A DNA stretch of 64,000 nt from Paragordius varius (taxonomy: Eukaryota > Animalia > Nematomorpha): positions 11,594,001 through 11,658,000 of the forward strand of contig OZ176053.1 in NCBI GenBank assembly GCA_964247055.1, written 5' to 3'. The notes below the pieces were generated by a model. The model was given only the letters and a program-made list of their open reading frames with translations. It was not told the origin of the DNA and searched no databases. Position 1 is the first letter of the stretch; every line of letters starts with the position of its first letter. Position numbers and translations under genes: made by a program. Below, piece by piece: positions 1 through 12,300 of this stretch.

Positions 1-2595
1 TAGTATCCTTGATATATGGTGAATGATAGGGACAGTAGTTTAATATTAAAAGCTGTATACCATTACGTGGCTTAAGAGTCATTTCGGATTTACTCAAATT
101 TAACTCAAAGAATATTGGTCGGTGATGAGAGTATTAGAAATTGACTGTTTATTAGCTTGGTAATGATGGGAATTTGTTTATGAGGTTATATCATTGGTTT
201 TCTAAAAAGAGTAAAGAATAGGTCATTTTTGGTTTTTAAGTTTGGCTGTGTTTAATGGTTAAATGTATAGTGGGTATATAATTAGTATATTCTAACAGAG
301 TATACACAAAAATATCTTGATGACTCTATATTTTTGGATATGTGGATTCTTATCATGCTTTTGGTTTATGACTTACTGTCGTTTAAATAAATTTACGCTT
401 GTGGTAATCTTCATGTTGAAAAATCGTAAAATTTGCATTAGGTTAAATAAATTTGGTCTATCAAATTTTATGATATACCATATTAAAAAGCAAAACAATA
501 TTTTCATAAAATTTTTTTAGAATTTTTGGCATTTTCTGAAATTGTTTTAAAAAACTGCGTCCAAAATCGGTAACAACCATATATATGTTTTATTAGATAA
601 TGTATCAGGCTTAAAATATTTTTACAAAAACGCATAATTTTCCAAAAATTTGTTTTTTAACAAAATTTCGTTGAACCGTGCTTCATACTATATTGAGGCA
701 TCATGGAAACGTTATTAAAACGAAGACATTATTAAAACACTTTTTCTATAAAATTCTATGATGCTGAACATTTACACGCTTTCGAATTTTAATTTAAATG
801 TTTGTTTGCTTTAAAATTTTTGTAAATTTTTGTAAAAAAACATAAATTTGTTAACATCTTGCAGAATACGGAATATTTTAATTAGAATTCTAGGTGATAG
901 AAATGTTTAGCTTCTAATAATATAGTAAAGTGTTTTTACAATGTCTTAAAGTGTTTTACCGTTTCCATAATTCCTCGAAATAGTATGAACTATGTGCTTC
1001 AATGAATGCATTTTTTGAAAACATTTTAAGTTGATATCAAATTAGCATATATTTAAATTTTTTATCACGCAATCTCGACATTTACTTTTAAGAGAACTAG
1101 CATATTTTTAAAGATTACAAAATTTGGGACTTTCTGAAACATAATTAAATTTTTCAAATATCGTTTAGCTTTTATATGTAGTTTATGATATATTTTAGTC
1201 ATCATTTTGGAATGAAACATTTTCATCAAAAAATTTTATTTAAAAAAATGTACGCAAAATTTTCCATACACTGATATGGAGACTTACCTTGGAAAGTTAT
1301 TTAAACTTTTGTGGTAAGTGCTCCATATCACTATATGGAAAATGTTGCGTACATTTTTTTAATAAAATTTTTTGATTAAAATGTTTCATTCCAAAATTTA
1401 TCAAACTACATATTAAAGCAAAACGATATTATATAATAATGTGAACTCCGAAAGTCCCAAATTTACTTCAAAAATAGGCGAGTTCTCTTAAAAGCAAATG
1501 CCGAGATTGCGCGATAAAAAATTTAAATATATGCTAATTTGATATCAACTTAAAATGTTTTCAAAAAACGCATTCATTGAAGCATAGTTCATACTATTTC
1601 GAGGCATTATGGAAAACGGTAAAACGCTTTAAGACATTTCAAAAACACTTTACTATATTATTAGACAGAATTCTGATTAAAATATTCCGTATTTATAATA
1701 ATGTTAACAAATTTATGTTTTTTTTACAAAAATTTACCAAAATTTTGAAGCAACCTTTAAATTAAAATTCGAAAGCGTATAAATGTTCAGCATCATAGAA
1801 TTTTATAGAGAAGGTGTTTTAATAATGTCTTCGTTTTAATAACGTTTCCATCATCCCTCAATATAATATGAAGCACGGTTCAACGAAATTTTGTTAATAA
1901 ATAAATTTTTGGAAAATTATGCGTTTTTGTAAAAATATTTTTAGTTGATAAGCCTGTACATTATTTAACAAAACATATATATGGTTGTTACCGATTTCGG
2001 ACGCATTTTTATAAAACAAACATTTTAGAAAGGGTAAAAATGCTAAAAAGATTTTATGAAAATATTGTTTTGCTTTTTAAATATATATCATAAATTTTGA
2101 TAGACCAATTTATTTAACCTAATGCAAATTTTACGATTTTTCTACATGGAGATTACCACAAGCGTAAATTTTTTTAAACGACAGTAAGTCATAAACCAAA
2201 AGCATGATAAGAATCTACATATCCAAAATATAGAGTCAAGATATTTTTTGTGTATACTGTGTTAGAATATATAAATAATATATCCATTATACATTTAACC
2301 ATTAAACACAACCTATGGAAAATACATTTCCTTGATGCCGAACTTAAAAAACCAAAAATGACCTATTCTAAACTGTTTTTATAAAAAACCAATTATATAA
2401 CCTGATAAATGCAAATTTCAATCATTACCTAGCTAATAAACAGTCATTTTTAATAATCTTATCACCTACCAATACTCTATGAGAAAAATTTGAGTAAATC
2501 CGAAATGAATCTAAAACCACGTTTCTACATAATGGTATACAGGTTTTAATATTAAACTACTCTTTCTATCATTCTACCATATATCAAGGTTACAA
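1..2595. repeat. Giant imperfect palindrome (foldback), arms 1-1288 and 1313-2595; the left arm may continue beyond the window
   Basis: The reverse complement of 1-20 (ACCATATATCAAGGATACTA) matches 2576-2595 (ACCATATATCAAGGTTACAA). At the centre, TTTCCATACACTGATATGGAGACTTACC (1261-1288) pairs with GGTAAGTGCTCCATATCACTATATGGAAA (1313-1341). Matches continue along the arms by eye. Same sequence family as the palindromes at 55.6-56.8, 60.3-61.4 and 63.0-64.0 kb. Confidence 0.92.
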
Positions 2596-2689
2596 CCGAA
2601 ATCGAACATATTCTCAACAATACAAAGTTAACTATATATAAGTCCTTTAATAAAATAATCTCACATATCATTTTTAACGAAATTCTAAA

Positions 2690-2945
2690 AGAAAGTGTCC
2701 CGAATTATAAAATTACATGTTCCTTCAATGAAACCTATATAGTAGAGCCTGGAATGTAGGAATGAACACGACCATTATATTCGTATCCGCAAACTTTCTT
2801 CGGGATTAGCCAAGTAATTCATATGGATCAAAAATCAATTCACATACCTTTGATTCATAATAAACATATCTGATTGCCACAAATGCCGCATCCGCGAGTC
2901 CAAAGAGATAAAAAATTTTGGACAGAATGGTGGATGCGGTCTTAT
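2690..2945 (+). mobile_element. Penelope-like element remnant (GIY-YIG endonuclease), copy 1
   Basis: Frameshifted translation gives KESVPNYKITCSFNETYIVEPG ... CHKCRIRESKEIKNFGQNGGCGL, resembling the PLE GIY-YIG motifs VYKIPC..C...YIGETG and KRKIREAIEI...NRDGG.L. Confidence 0.65.
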
Positions 2946-2999
2946 GTTATTTTCAATACAAGATAATTTCTGAACAACTATAAAGTTAAAGCGGCCCTT

Positions 3000-3330
3000 C
3001 AACAAATTAATCTCTCCTATCAGCGCTAAATAAAAAATTTCAAAAGAAAGTCTCCGCATTGCTTATATATAGCATTGCCTGTTTCTGCTATGTTTGACAC
3101 GGTAGAACCAACATTACCAATATATTCGTATACCTGTAAGCTTTCTTCGAGATTGACAGAACATTTTGTTCGTGATGATCAATCATCACATCTTCAACTG
3201 TAAAGTCATAATTAACATATTTCAATGCCACAAGCGCCGGATACGTGAGTCCATAGAGCTGAAAAATTCACCAGACTCAATCGTGAATATGGTGTCTAAT
3301 TATAACTTCAATATGGAATCCCATCCTACA
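3000..3330 (+). mobile_element. Penelope-like element remnant (GIY-YIG endonuclease), copy 2
   Basis: YSIACFC at ~3065, then SSRLTEH, CHKRRIRESIELKN, and LNREYG in a shifted frame. Multiple stops and frameshifts. Confidence 0.65.
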
Positions 3331-3699
3331 TTATAAAAGCATATTTCTGTTGTTTATTTCGTATTTTAAGTGAAACATCTCAGTTCTATATTATCAACAA
3401 AATCAACTAACCCTCGTCACCAGGGGTTTCCAAAACACCGCCCTCCGTTTTTAAATTTTTTTCTAAATTTGTCTATTCAATTGGTAGGAACTAGTAAATG
3501 TTTGTGTTTGCTTAGTCCTATATTTAAAATTACCAGTAAAGTCATATGTGTAGGACATCTCTGGTCAAAAAAATAAAATATTTTTTTACTTGTTATTTTT
3601 GTTGTTCTGAACAAGTCCATAAATTTATAAACGGAAAATAATAAATATTATAGTATAAATTAAGGCTTAATATATAAAAATGTTAAAATTTTTAAAAAT

Positions 3700-4680
3700 C
3701 CAAATAGTATTGAGTTTGGATGTAACAAGGCTTGTATTAGATTAAAAAAATAATGAGTTTGATTGAAAGAGTATTTGAATAAAAAATGTTGAGTGTGGAT
3801 AAAAGGCATATATAATAAAATACCTTTTATAATCGACGAATTAATTTCGTAAAATTAATTTCAGGGAGCTTTTATACCCAAAAAATTATAAATATGGCGC
3901 AACTTAATTTTGATTCCGGCTTTTGGGTATATTAGTAATTTGCCTTAAAAGTCTGCGATAGATATTATTTTAACATAGAAATTAGAAATGGTATTTATAT
4001 TATATATACCTTTTTCATTCAAAGTCAAAGTTAATTTAAGCTTTTACAACCAAAATTAATAATTCTTCAATCAATCTTAATATTTCCAATCTAATACAAA
4101 TCTTTTTTATCAAGCTCAAAGCTTATTTTAATTAAATGAAAAATTTTTAGAATAATTTTAAAGTATTTAGATGTTCTGCTGAATGCATAATTATCAAGGT
4201 CTACGTTTAAAAAAGAGATAAAAAGTATAAGTTTAAAATAAATATTTTTAAAAAGTTAAATATCAATTAAACGTTAAAATGATTTAAATTTAAATAAAAG
4301 TTTAGTTAATTAATATGGTGTTGTTTTGCTAGAAAAAGTGTTCCGTTTAATTGGATGTTAGTCTGATGAGAATATATCGAGTTACCAAATGGAATATATA
4401 TTAATACTGTTACACATATCGTGTAGAAATTATCGTCTCTGTAAACTTTAATTTTAGGATGTTATAAACCCAAAAATTCAATAAAATATGGGGCAATTTT
4501 AAAGTTTTGATTCCGGCTTTTGGCTATAAAAACAATATGACTCAAAAAATTGAAGCGATAAATTTATTTTAACATAGAAAATGGAAAAGGTTTTTAATAC
4601 CTTTTTCATATATTTTAACATTCAAATCTATACGTTTTCAACCAAACTAAACAATTTTTAACCATAATCAATATTTCAAT
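3700..4680. repeat. Degenerate inverted (3700-3770 vs 4065-4130) and direct (3870-4060 vs 4460-4680) repeats
   Basis: TTTTGATTCCGGCTTTTGG occurs at ~3908 and ~4505, each followed by ATTTTAACATAGAAA. CAATCTAATACAA at ~4088 is inverted relative to TTGTATTAGATT at ~3731. Confidence 0.55.
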
Positions 4681-4789
4681 CAATTTGTTACTTTTCTAAT
4701 TAAACACAACACTTATATTATTTATCCAAAACCAACTTCTATTGTTTCACGCTATTCCAACTTTACAATATTATCTCATCATTAAATGT

Positions 4790-5100
4790 AAATTGCAATA
4801 ATAACCCAAACTTTTATTTTTTAATGAGTTGAAATTTAATAAAATTGGATTTTAATATCGGAAAAAATATTCTGTTCTTGGATGAAAAAACTAATATAGT
4901 TCTACATATTTAGGTTAAATAAAGATAATAGGTTAAAATGATAGGATAGGTTTATGATACATATTTTGATTAATAAATTGTTATGCAATGTTTAAAAAAA
5001 ATTTTTATGACAATCAACAACTCTTGAATAGCTTATTGCATGTAGTCAATTATTTGATTTAATCTTTATAAGTAAAGGGTAATTTTGGCTAATTTGACAA
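4790..5100 (-). repeat. Fragment of the foldback family seen at 32410-33575
   Basis: TTTAGGTTAAATAAAGATAATAGGTTAAAATGATAGGATAG (~4908) matches the reverse complement of ~32885-32930. AATAACCCAAAC (~4799) matches the reverse complement of ~33015-33030. Confidence 0.55.
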
Positions 5101-5769
5101 ACTAGCCTGATTTTTAAATATAAAAATATATTATATGAATATATTTCTTCGATATAAATTTGATGAAGAAAAAACAACTACATTAGATGTTAGTTTTGAA
5201 ATTTTAAAAAAATTAAATTGAATATTTTGGCGCAACTTAAGTTTTTGATATACCTTAATTTCAGGGAATGATAAACTTTCTGAATAAAAAGCCCATCAGT
5301 GTCTTTACATATTGTATATGCATTAGAGGTTATGTAAAAAACTATACGTACCCGCTATACAAATTACCTATAAATATATTTTTATATAAAGCTTTAACCA
5401 TTTTATTTGCGCGATAGTATGGGTCACATTTATATGATTTAGAAAATAATAAATCTCTCATTTACCGGATAATGGCCTTTTCTAGGCATATATTTCACGC
5501 TCAAATGCTATTTTTTACACTTAATAAATATTTTTTGAGTATTTGATCATTTTTGTAACCTCAATTTTAATGATACAAATTTTGAAATGAAGGATTGTTT
5601 AACAAATAGTAAAAAAAAATAGAACTCATTCAAACCGCAATATATCTATATAATACGGTAATCATTGGACTGAGGCTCATAACTATAGAATGATATATGA
5701 TTGATAACCATTCATTTTTGGATACGCCGTTTTGTTTAAATTTGAAAATCAAGCCTCAAATAAAAAAGA

Positions 5770-6905
5770 AAAAGGTAAAATATAATAATTTTTGGGTACG
5801 GAAATATTTGGGATCAATGAAAAATGACTGTAAAAATCTTGATTAAATGAAATAAAAGGTAAATTATGTTATTTTTAGGTTACACACAAATTTTGGATAA
5901 AATCATATAAAATAATTTCATAAATTATGATGATTGATTGAGAAATCGGCATATATATAAAAAAAGGTAAAATATAATATTTTTTTACGATTTTTTTAAA
6001 TATGAATGAAGGAAATGATTTAAGGCTTCAGGTTAGAGCCTTAATATGAGTAAAAAAAGGTAAAATTTAATATTGTTTAGGTTATGGAATTCGGAATATT
6101 ATTGAAATTATCTAAAGAATTAAGAAAGGTCAAATAAATTGATTAAGTTTAATAAGAAAGACGAGGTAAAATATAATATTTTTAGGTTAAGGCAATATAT
6201 TTTAAATATTATTATCAATGAATATTTGTAAACTTTTGAAGAATTTAACTGATCAATTATTGGTAACAGCATCGAAATGAAAAAAAGGTAAAATTAATAT
6301 TTTTTAGGGTACGCAACCATATTTTAAACATCATCAAATAAAAATTTATTGGTCGTTAGGTGGATCAAACATTAATAGGAAATAAAAGGGAAACTCTAAT
6401 TTTTGAGGATATGGCAATATCTTATATATTAATGAATAAAATAATTCAATTTATTAATTGATTAATAAAGGGATCAAGCAACGATAAAAAAGGCAAATTA
6501 TAACATTTTTTAGGTTTTGCACATATATAATATAATTTAACCATATAATGGGTAATGATGGAATCGGCATTTATATCAAAAAAAAGGTAACATATAATGT
6601 TTTTTAGGTCATGGAATATTTTATATCAACTGAAAAAGTTTGAAGCATATGACTGTCGTCAATAAATGGAAGAGCTTTTATATAAAATATTATATTTGTT
6701 ATTTCAACAAATTTGTAAATTAAATAAAATAACTTAAAGAACTTAACTGTAATATATCAATCGAGCATCGATTGATAAAAAAAGTAAATTATAACATTTT
6801 TTAGGTTGCACACACATATATTTTTTGAATAATATGAATTGAAATGGCTACAATTGAGAAATCTACACTTAAATGAAATAAACGGTATAATATAATGATT
6901 TTTAG
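5770..6905 (+). repeat. Degenerate ~100-bp tandem array (~11-12 units), each unit carrying an AAG|GTAAA...TTTTTAG|GT cassette
   Basis: Cassettes start at 5775, 5859, 5967, 6060, 6166, 6288, ~6388, 6493, 6587, 6784 and 6885. Spacing is 84-122 nt, with one double interval. Confidence 0.85.
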
Positions 6906-7057
6906 GTTACGCAAATATTTTGTAATATTATCGAAGTAAATTTTTTAAACAATACAGATAAAAGTTCAACTTGTTTAATAATCAAAGGGTTTCTTTCTTT
7001 CAAAACCTCCAAGTGTCGAAAACGACAATGGATAAATCAATCAATATGAAAGAAAAA

Positions 7058-8050
7058 GTACAATATTGATTTTTAATTTTAGTGTATTTATACTAAAATA
7101 TTTGAAATAATTGAAGGATATAATAAAAATTCTGACTGTTGATCCTTATTGAAAGAAAATGTGAAATTAATAACAACAAAAATCAGAATAATTATACAAA
7201 ATTAGAAAAAGTAAAAAAAAGCCCGATGCCAAGAAAAAAAGGTATTTTAAATTTTTAGTAATCAAAGAAGCGTTTCAAATACAATTTCAGAGTAAAAATT
7301 AAATTTGAAAAAGATACCTCGATCTTGGCAGAAATGGATTTACAAGAATTTTAAAATCGTTTGACATAAAACCGAACTCGAGGTTAATTTTGTTTTTAAA
7401 GTAATAATTAATTATTTTTACCAAATTATTTAAATGATAATATATTTTTTGAATTTCAGAGAAAACGTATTGGTCCGTATCCTGTTATTGACTTATAAAA
7501 AATCTATCAAATATTAAATATGGAATTTGGTTAAAACAATTTTAGCAGAATATACCAAAACGGTACATAAAAAATGGTTAGCAATGTAAATTAGACAATA
7601 TAAATAGAAAAAACTATAAATTAGCGATTATAATTTATCATAGCCTAATTTCAGGATCTAAACCGATGTACAGCAAGCTAAATAATGTCCATAATTTAAA
7701 ACTTCTCGTGATGGGTTTTATTGTATAAAATTTTTTGATGGAAGATTATTATGATTAGAGATGCTGGCCTCCAATATTTGTTAGAAACGAAAGCTCCACA
7801 TAAGAGCTGTCAAAAATTACGCAAACAGAAAAGTTTAATCTCCCCTCTTTATAATTTAGATTAGAGATATATGAAAAGAAGAATACGTAAATCGAACTGA
7901 TGAAAAATTATGTGTTACTCGATTCTCAAAAGGCAAAAAAAACACATGATTATATGTAACATTTTTAAATATCCGAAAATAAATAGATGGAAGATTATAC
8001 ATTAATTTGAAAATTTTGCAAAATCGATAATATATATATGCATATTTCCA
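7058..8050 (+). pseudogene. Possible decayed spliced gene with LRR-like motifs
   Basis: Splice-like GT...AG segments at 7058-7082, 7242-7258, ~7383-7459 and ~7562-7655. Translated pieces KRYLDLGRNGFTRI and LNNVHNLKLLVMG resemble LxxLxLxxN, but there are many in-frame stops. Confidence 0.25.
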
Positions 8051-8226
8051 GATGTATGATAGCCGCCTATAATAATAGCTTATTTCAATATTTTTCGAGC
8101 TATTAACTATTTATATTCATAACCAATAAATAAAAGATAACATTGTCATAGTATTAAAAAAATTTAAATTTATATAGTAATAATTTATTGCAGCATGATT
8201 TTCATTACGTGAAGTTATTTAATAAA

Positions 8227-9352
8227 TCAGGAAAAATCTAGACCAATACCCATTTGTAAACCGGGATACAACCTTTAAATATATTAATAATTATATAAAA
8301 TTAAATTATTAGAAAGTATGGCCTTTTACCATGATGATGCTAATACCAAAATTAATGTTGTATTGAGAATTCAACACAAAACATTTTTTCAATTATCTTA
8401 GACAAATTTGTTTACTTAGATTTCATGAATACATAGTAAATCTTGATTTGTAAAACTCACAGTTATATATTCCCAAGCATTGATAAATTATTCAATAAAA
8501 TCGAATATTATTTTAAGATCTAAAAAAAGTATTATAAAACCCTTTTTATAATCAATAAAAAATAAAATTATGATGATACTTGTCAGTTGCATGAGCTTTG
8601 GTAAATAAGCAATAATTGAATTCACATCTTGCCATATTACCAAAATTAAGGACTAACCCAACACCAGCACTTATACGCAAATGATCATATAAAATGGACC
8701 AAACTTTCCCTTTCATTTCGGACAAATTTATGGGTGACATTGAATCTTGATCAATTAAAAATTATATGAAATATATATTATTATGTTTCCATAAATAATT
8801 ATTCCATTAGGCTCGAATAAAGGGCATAGGTATAACAATATTTTCACTTGCATACATAAAATATTACTAATAAATAATTTAATTAATATACGTTAATGAC
8901 TGTAACTGCTTATAGTGATAACTAGGCAAAATCTTTAAACTTTGTATAAAATTAGCATAATAAAAACGGATAAAACGTAAATTTAATATTGAAAAATGGG
9001 AAATTTTATATCAATTGTTTTTGTAATCTATTTTAATTATAATGCTAAAACCAATTTGAAACAAACGGTTAAATTCATTTTGTTTGGTTTCAACCGGATG
9101 TCAAACACATAAATAACTTACTGATGCATATTATTATTTTAATAAAAACCTTGGGCCTTTCCTCCAATAAAGTTACCGACAGAACCTGCAGTAACATAGG
9201 CATGTAAACGAAGAAATTGAGCTAAACCCATTTGAGGCCTTTTGTGTGGCACTGGCAGCTCCTTCGAAACGGGACTAGAGAAGGAGGGAATGGGTGCGTA
9301 TAAATGCAATCCCAATTGCCAAAAAGAATCTACACCTAAAGCATGGCCTAGG

Positions 9353-9392
<40 letters not shown>

Positions 9393-12300
9393 AAAAATAT
9401 ATTTCAGAATTTGTTTGCGATGCAAATATTACAATTTAATCATCCGAAAAAAATTAATAAACGAATATGCTACCAAAGAATTTAAAAATGAATGATGATT
9501 GCAATAATTAAAAAAGAAATAAACGCGCCATATATTTATAGAGTTAATAGTGCTAAATTTTAATATATCATTTATAGATATTATCATTTATGAAAAACTT
9601 TAAAAATTATACCCATTTATGTTTCATCGCTGAAAATTATTTAAAATTTATTTCTTTGCAACTGTATATGTTTTCACTAACATTAAGAATATACTTTTTT
9701 TACTTTTTTGTCAAAAAAACTCTAAAAGATTGACTAAAAGTTAATGCCCAATAAAATATTCATTGGGGTGTATCTTTTAACGCCTGAGTAATATTAATTT
9801 AAACAAAAAACAAAATATAATAAGACAAGAGTAAATGGTTCTTTTGATTACAAAATTTTCAGCAGAATTCCGTGTTTTAGGCAAAAAATTACCTACCGTC
9901 TTCATGTGGCCCCAAACCGCCGAATGTAAAGCCTCTAAAAGAGAGTGGTCCACCCAAATAAAATTTGTCCATCATATTTAGACCATGACGTTGATCGAAT
10001 GGATGATATGACATGTTTGGAGATTTTGGGTCCTTATTCCCATTCGATAAAGAACTGTCGTTTTGATCACCAGAGACATCCTCCTTATTGAGTGAATCGG
10101 ATGACGGACCAACATTGGATGAGAGTACAATGAAACCACCATTCAATGTAAACTGTAAAACCTGAGATTGCAAAAAAATGTGTTAAGAAATTTAATTGTC
10201 AGCAATAATCAATCAATTTTTACGATAAGTTATAAATCTAAAATAGATATTATACTTGAATATTATAATTGGCTTATAAAATGGTGTTTATGAAAAATAA
10301 AATATTTAAATAATTTACATAAACTACATAATGGTTAATATTAAAAAAACATTGGATAAAAAGTATAAATCTAAAACCGAATTGAATATAGAGGGGATAT
10401 TGTAATGCAAAGTCCCTTGCGTTTTAACAAATGGTAGAAGACCGGTCATGCTATCAAAATTATCAGTTTTTAAGAGTTGTGAAATATGGTTTGTGGGTAT
10501 GCTAAATTCTTGTTCCACCTTTAAAAGCGTCCCATAATTAGGTAAAAATGCATTGTCCCTGGTGTCGTAAGTTAGATTATGCTAAAGTAAATATATATAT
10601 ATATATTGATATATACTGTTAAAAAACATGAAATTTTAAAAGGAAATATTTATTTTATTTAAAATATTGTACATCGCCCTCTACATATTTCGCTCATCTC
10701 TCAGGTAATATATGAATGGCGTGCCAACTGATTGTCTTATATGGAAACCATAGGTCAAGCCATTAGAGCAGATGCAAAAGAATTTTTCATCGGAGCGATT
10801 TTTAAGTATATGACTGATTTTGTTGTATGAGACGGAGCATTGCATGTAGCAAAATCATTTTGCCATGTTTTATGACCGATTCCGATCATTTTTTGATAAT
10901 AAAATGTTGATATTAACCATTTACTGGCGATAGCGTTGTGTATTAACGGTTCTTGAGCCCCATCAGACACAGAGCACAATCTTTTGCAGCGACTTGGCAT
11001 TGGTGCTGATCGGCTTGGCAGGGTTAACACCAATTTCTCCGCTGATCATAAGGTCATTTTATAATACCCGTTCCAATTCAATGAAAACTTCTTTTCGTGA
11101 TGTTGAAGCAGGATTTTACGAGTCCCTTTACAATTTTCGATATGACTCTAATTTAAATTGTGATAAACCTTCGTGTTTATCAATTTTATATTGCCGAAAT
11201 TAGAAAGAAGAGGCAGAAAAGTGTACAGGATTGATATTCAGAGGATGGATATCTATTGATCGTTTTTTGGAATATATGTAATGCATATGCCGATTGTTTT
11301 TATATTTAAGTTGGGTCATCATCCCACAATTCAAGCCTTTTATCGTTTTATTTATGTGTTCAACCAGAAAGCCCACAGTAAATCAAATCACATAAATTGA
11401 TTTCGCCTAAAATAGCATCTTATTTTTAATATTCAGTTATATGTCGAATTTCATGCTGACTTGTGGTTTATTGCATGATAAACAAAATCGGGTTTGAATT
11501 AGCGTACTTTTAATTGAGCTCTTTTATAAACCATAATATATTATGATACGCCTGGTATATATATGTGGGAATGAATAACATAATAAAAACTAGCATTTGT
11601 AACAATTAATAAATTTAATTAGCCAACACACAATATATTTTTATTTAAAATTCAATTATTATGATTATTATTTTTGCAAGAAATACAATAACGCTTATTT
11701 TAAGACATTGAAACGATAAAAAATTAAATAATGCATATAATTATTCGCATAAGCATAATGTAATAGGAGCGTATTTGTTCTTATTTGTATCCCTTATACC
11801 CTAAAATCTTTCTTACTAAATTTAATTATATTTATTTTATTCTTAATAATTTTATAATTTACTTTAAATGCAGTTTTGTATGATGATCCAAAATGAGTCT
11901 TGATCACATCAGGTAGCGGTCTTAACGTATCAAAAAAGGATGGCTTAGCTTCACGGAAAGAACCTTCCACACCAAATGCATATGAGAGGTGTTTGCTAAA
12001 AAAGCTCTATAATTCATTCAAAATTGGTTAACAACTACATAATACTTTAGATTTACATGTTAGCCATGATTTTTCAACAGAAAATCCATTTTAGGTTTTC
12101 CATATTTATAATTTTTTGGTCGATTGGTTCTGATTTCGATTTCATGTTTAAAATATATGAATTGTTAGCCCAAAAATATAGACATAAAAACAGCAAGCTA
12201 ATTTTATGTGCTATGCTTTTAAATTTATTTTAAAAAACAATATCAAAAAATAGGATTATAATCAAGAGAAAAAAACTTCCTCAACCCTTGAAACTATTGA

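Noticed and set aside
317-1765. ORFs 317-520 and 1577-1765, and similar ORFs at 59344, 60168, 60536 and 62021
   Set aside because: Low-complexity K/F/I/N-rich chance frames inside palindromic repeats; homologous copies do not keep the frame.
5770-6905. CRISPR-like repeat-spacer array
   Set aside because: Repeats are degenerate, spacers are homologous to each other and 65-100 nt long, the context is eukaryotic, and no cas genes are present.
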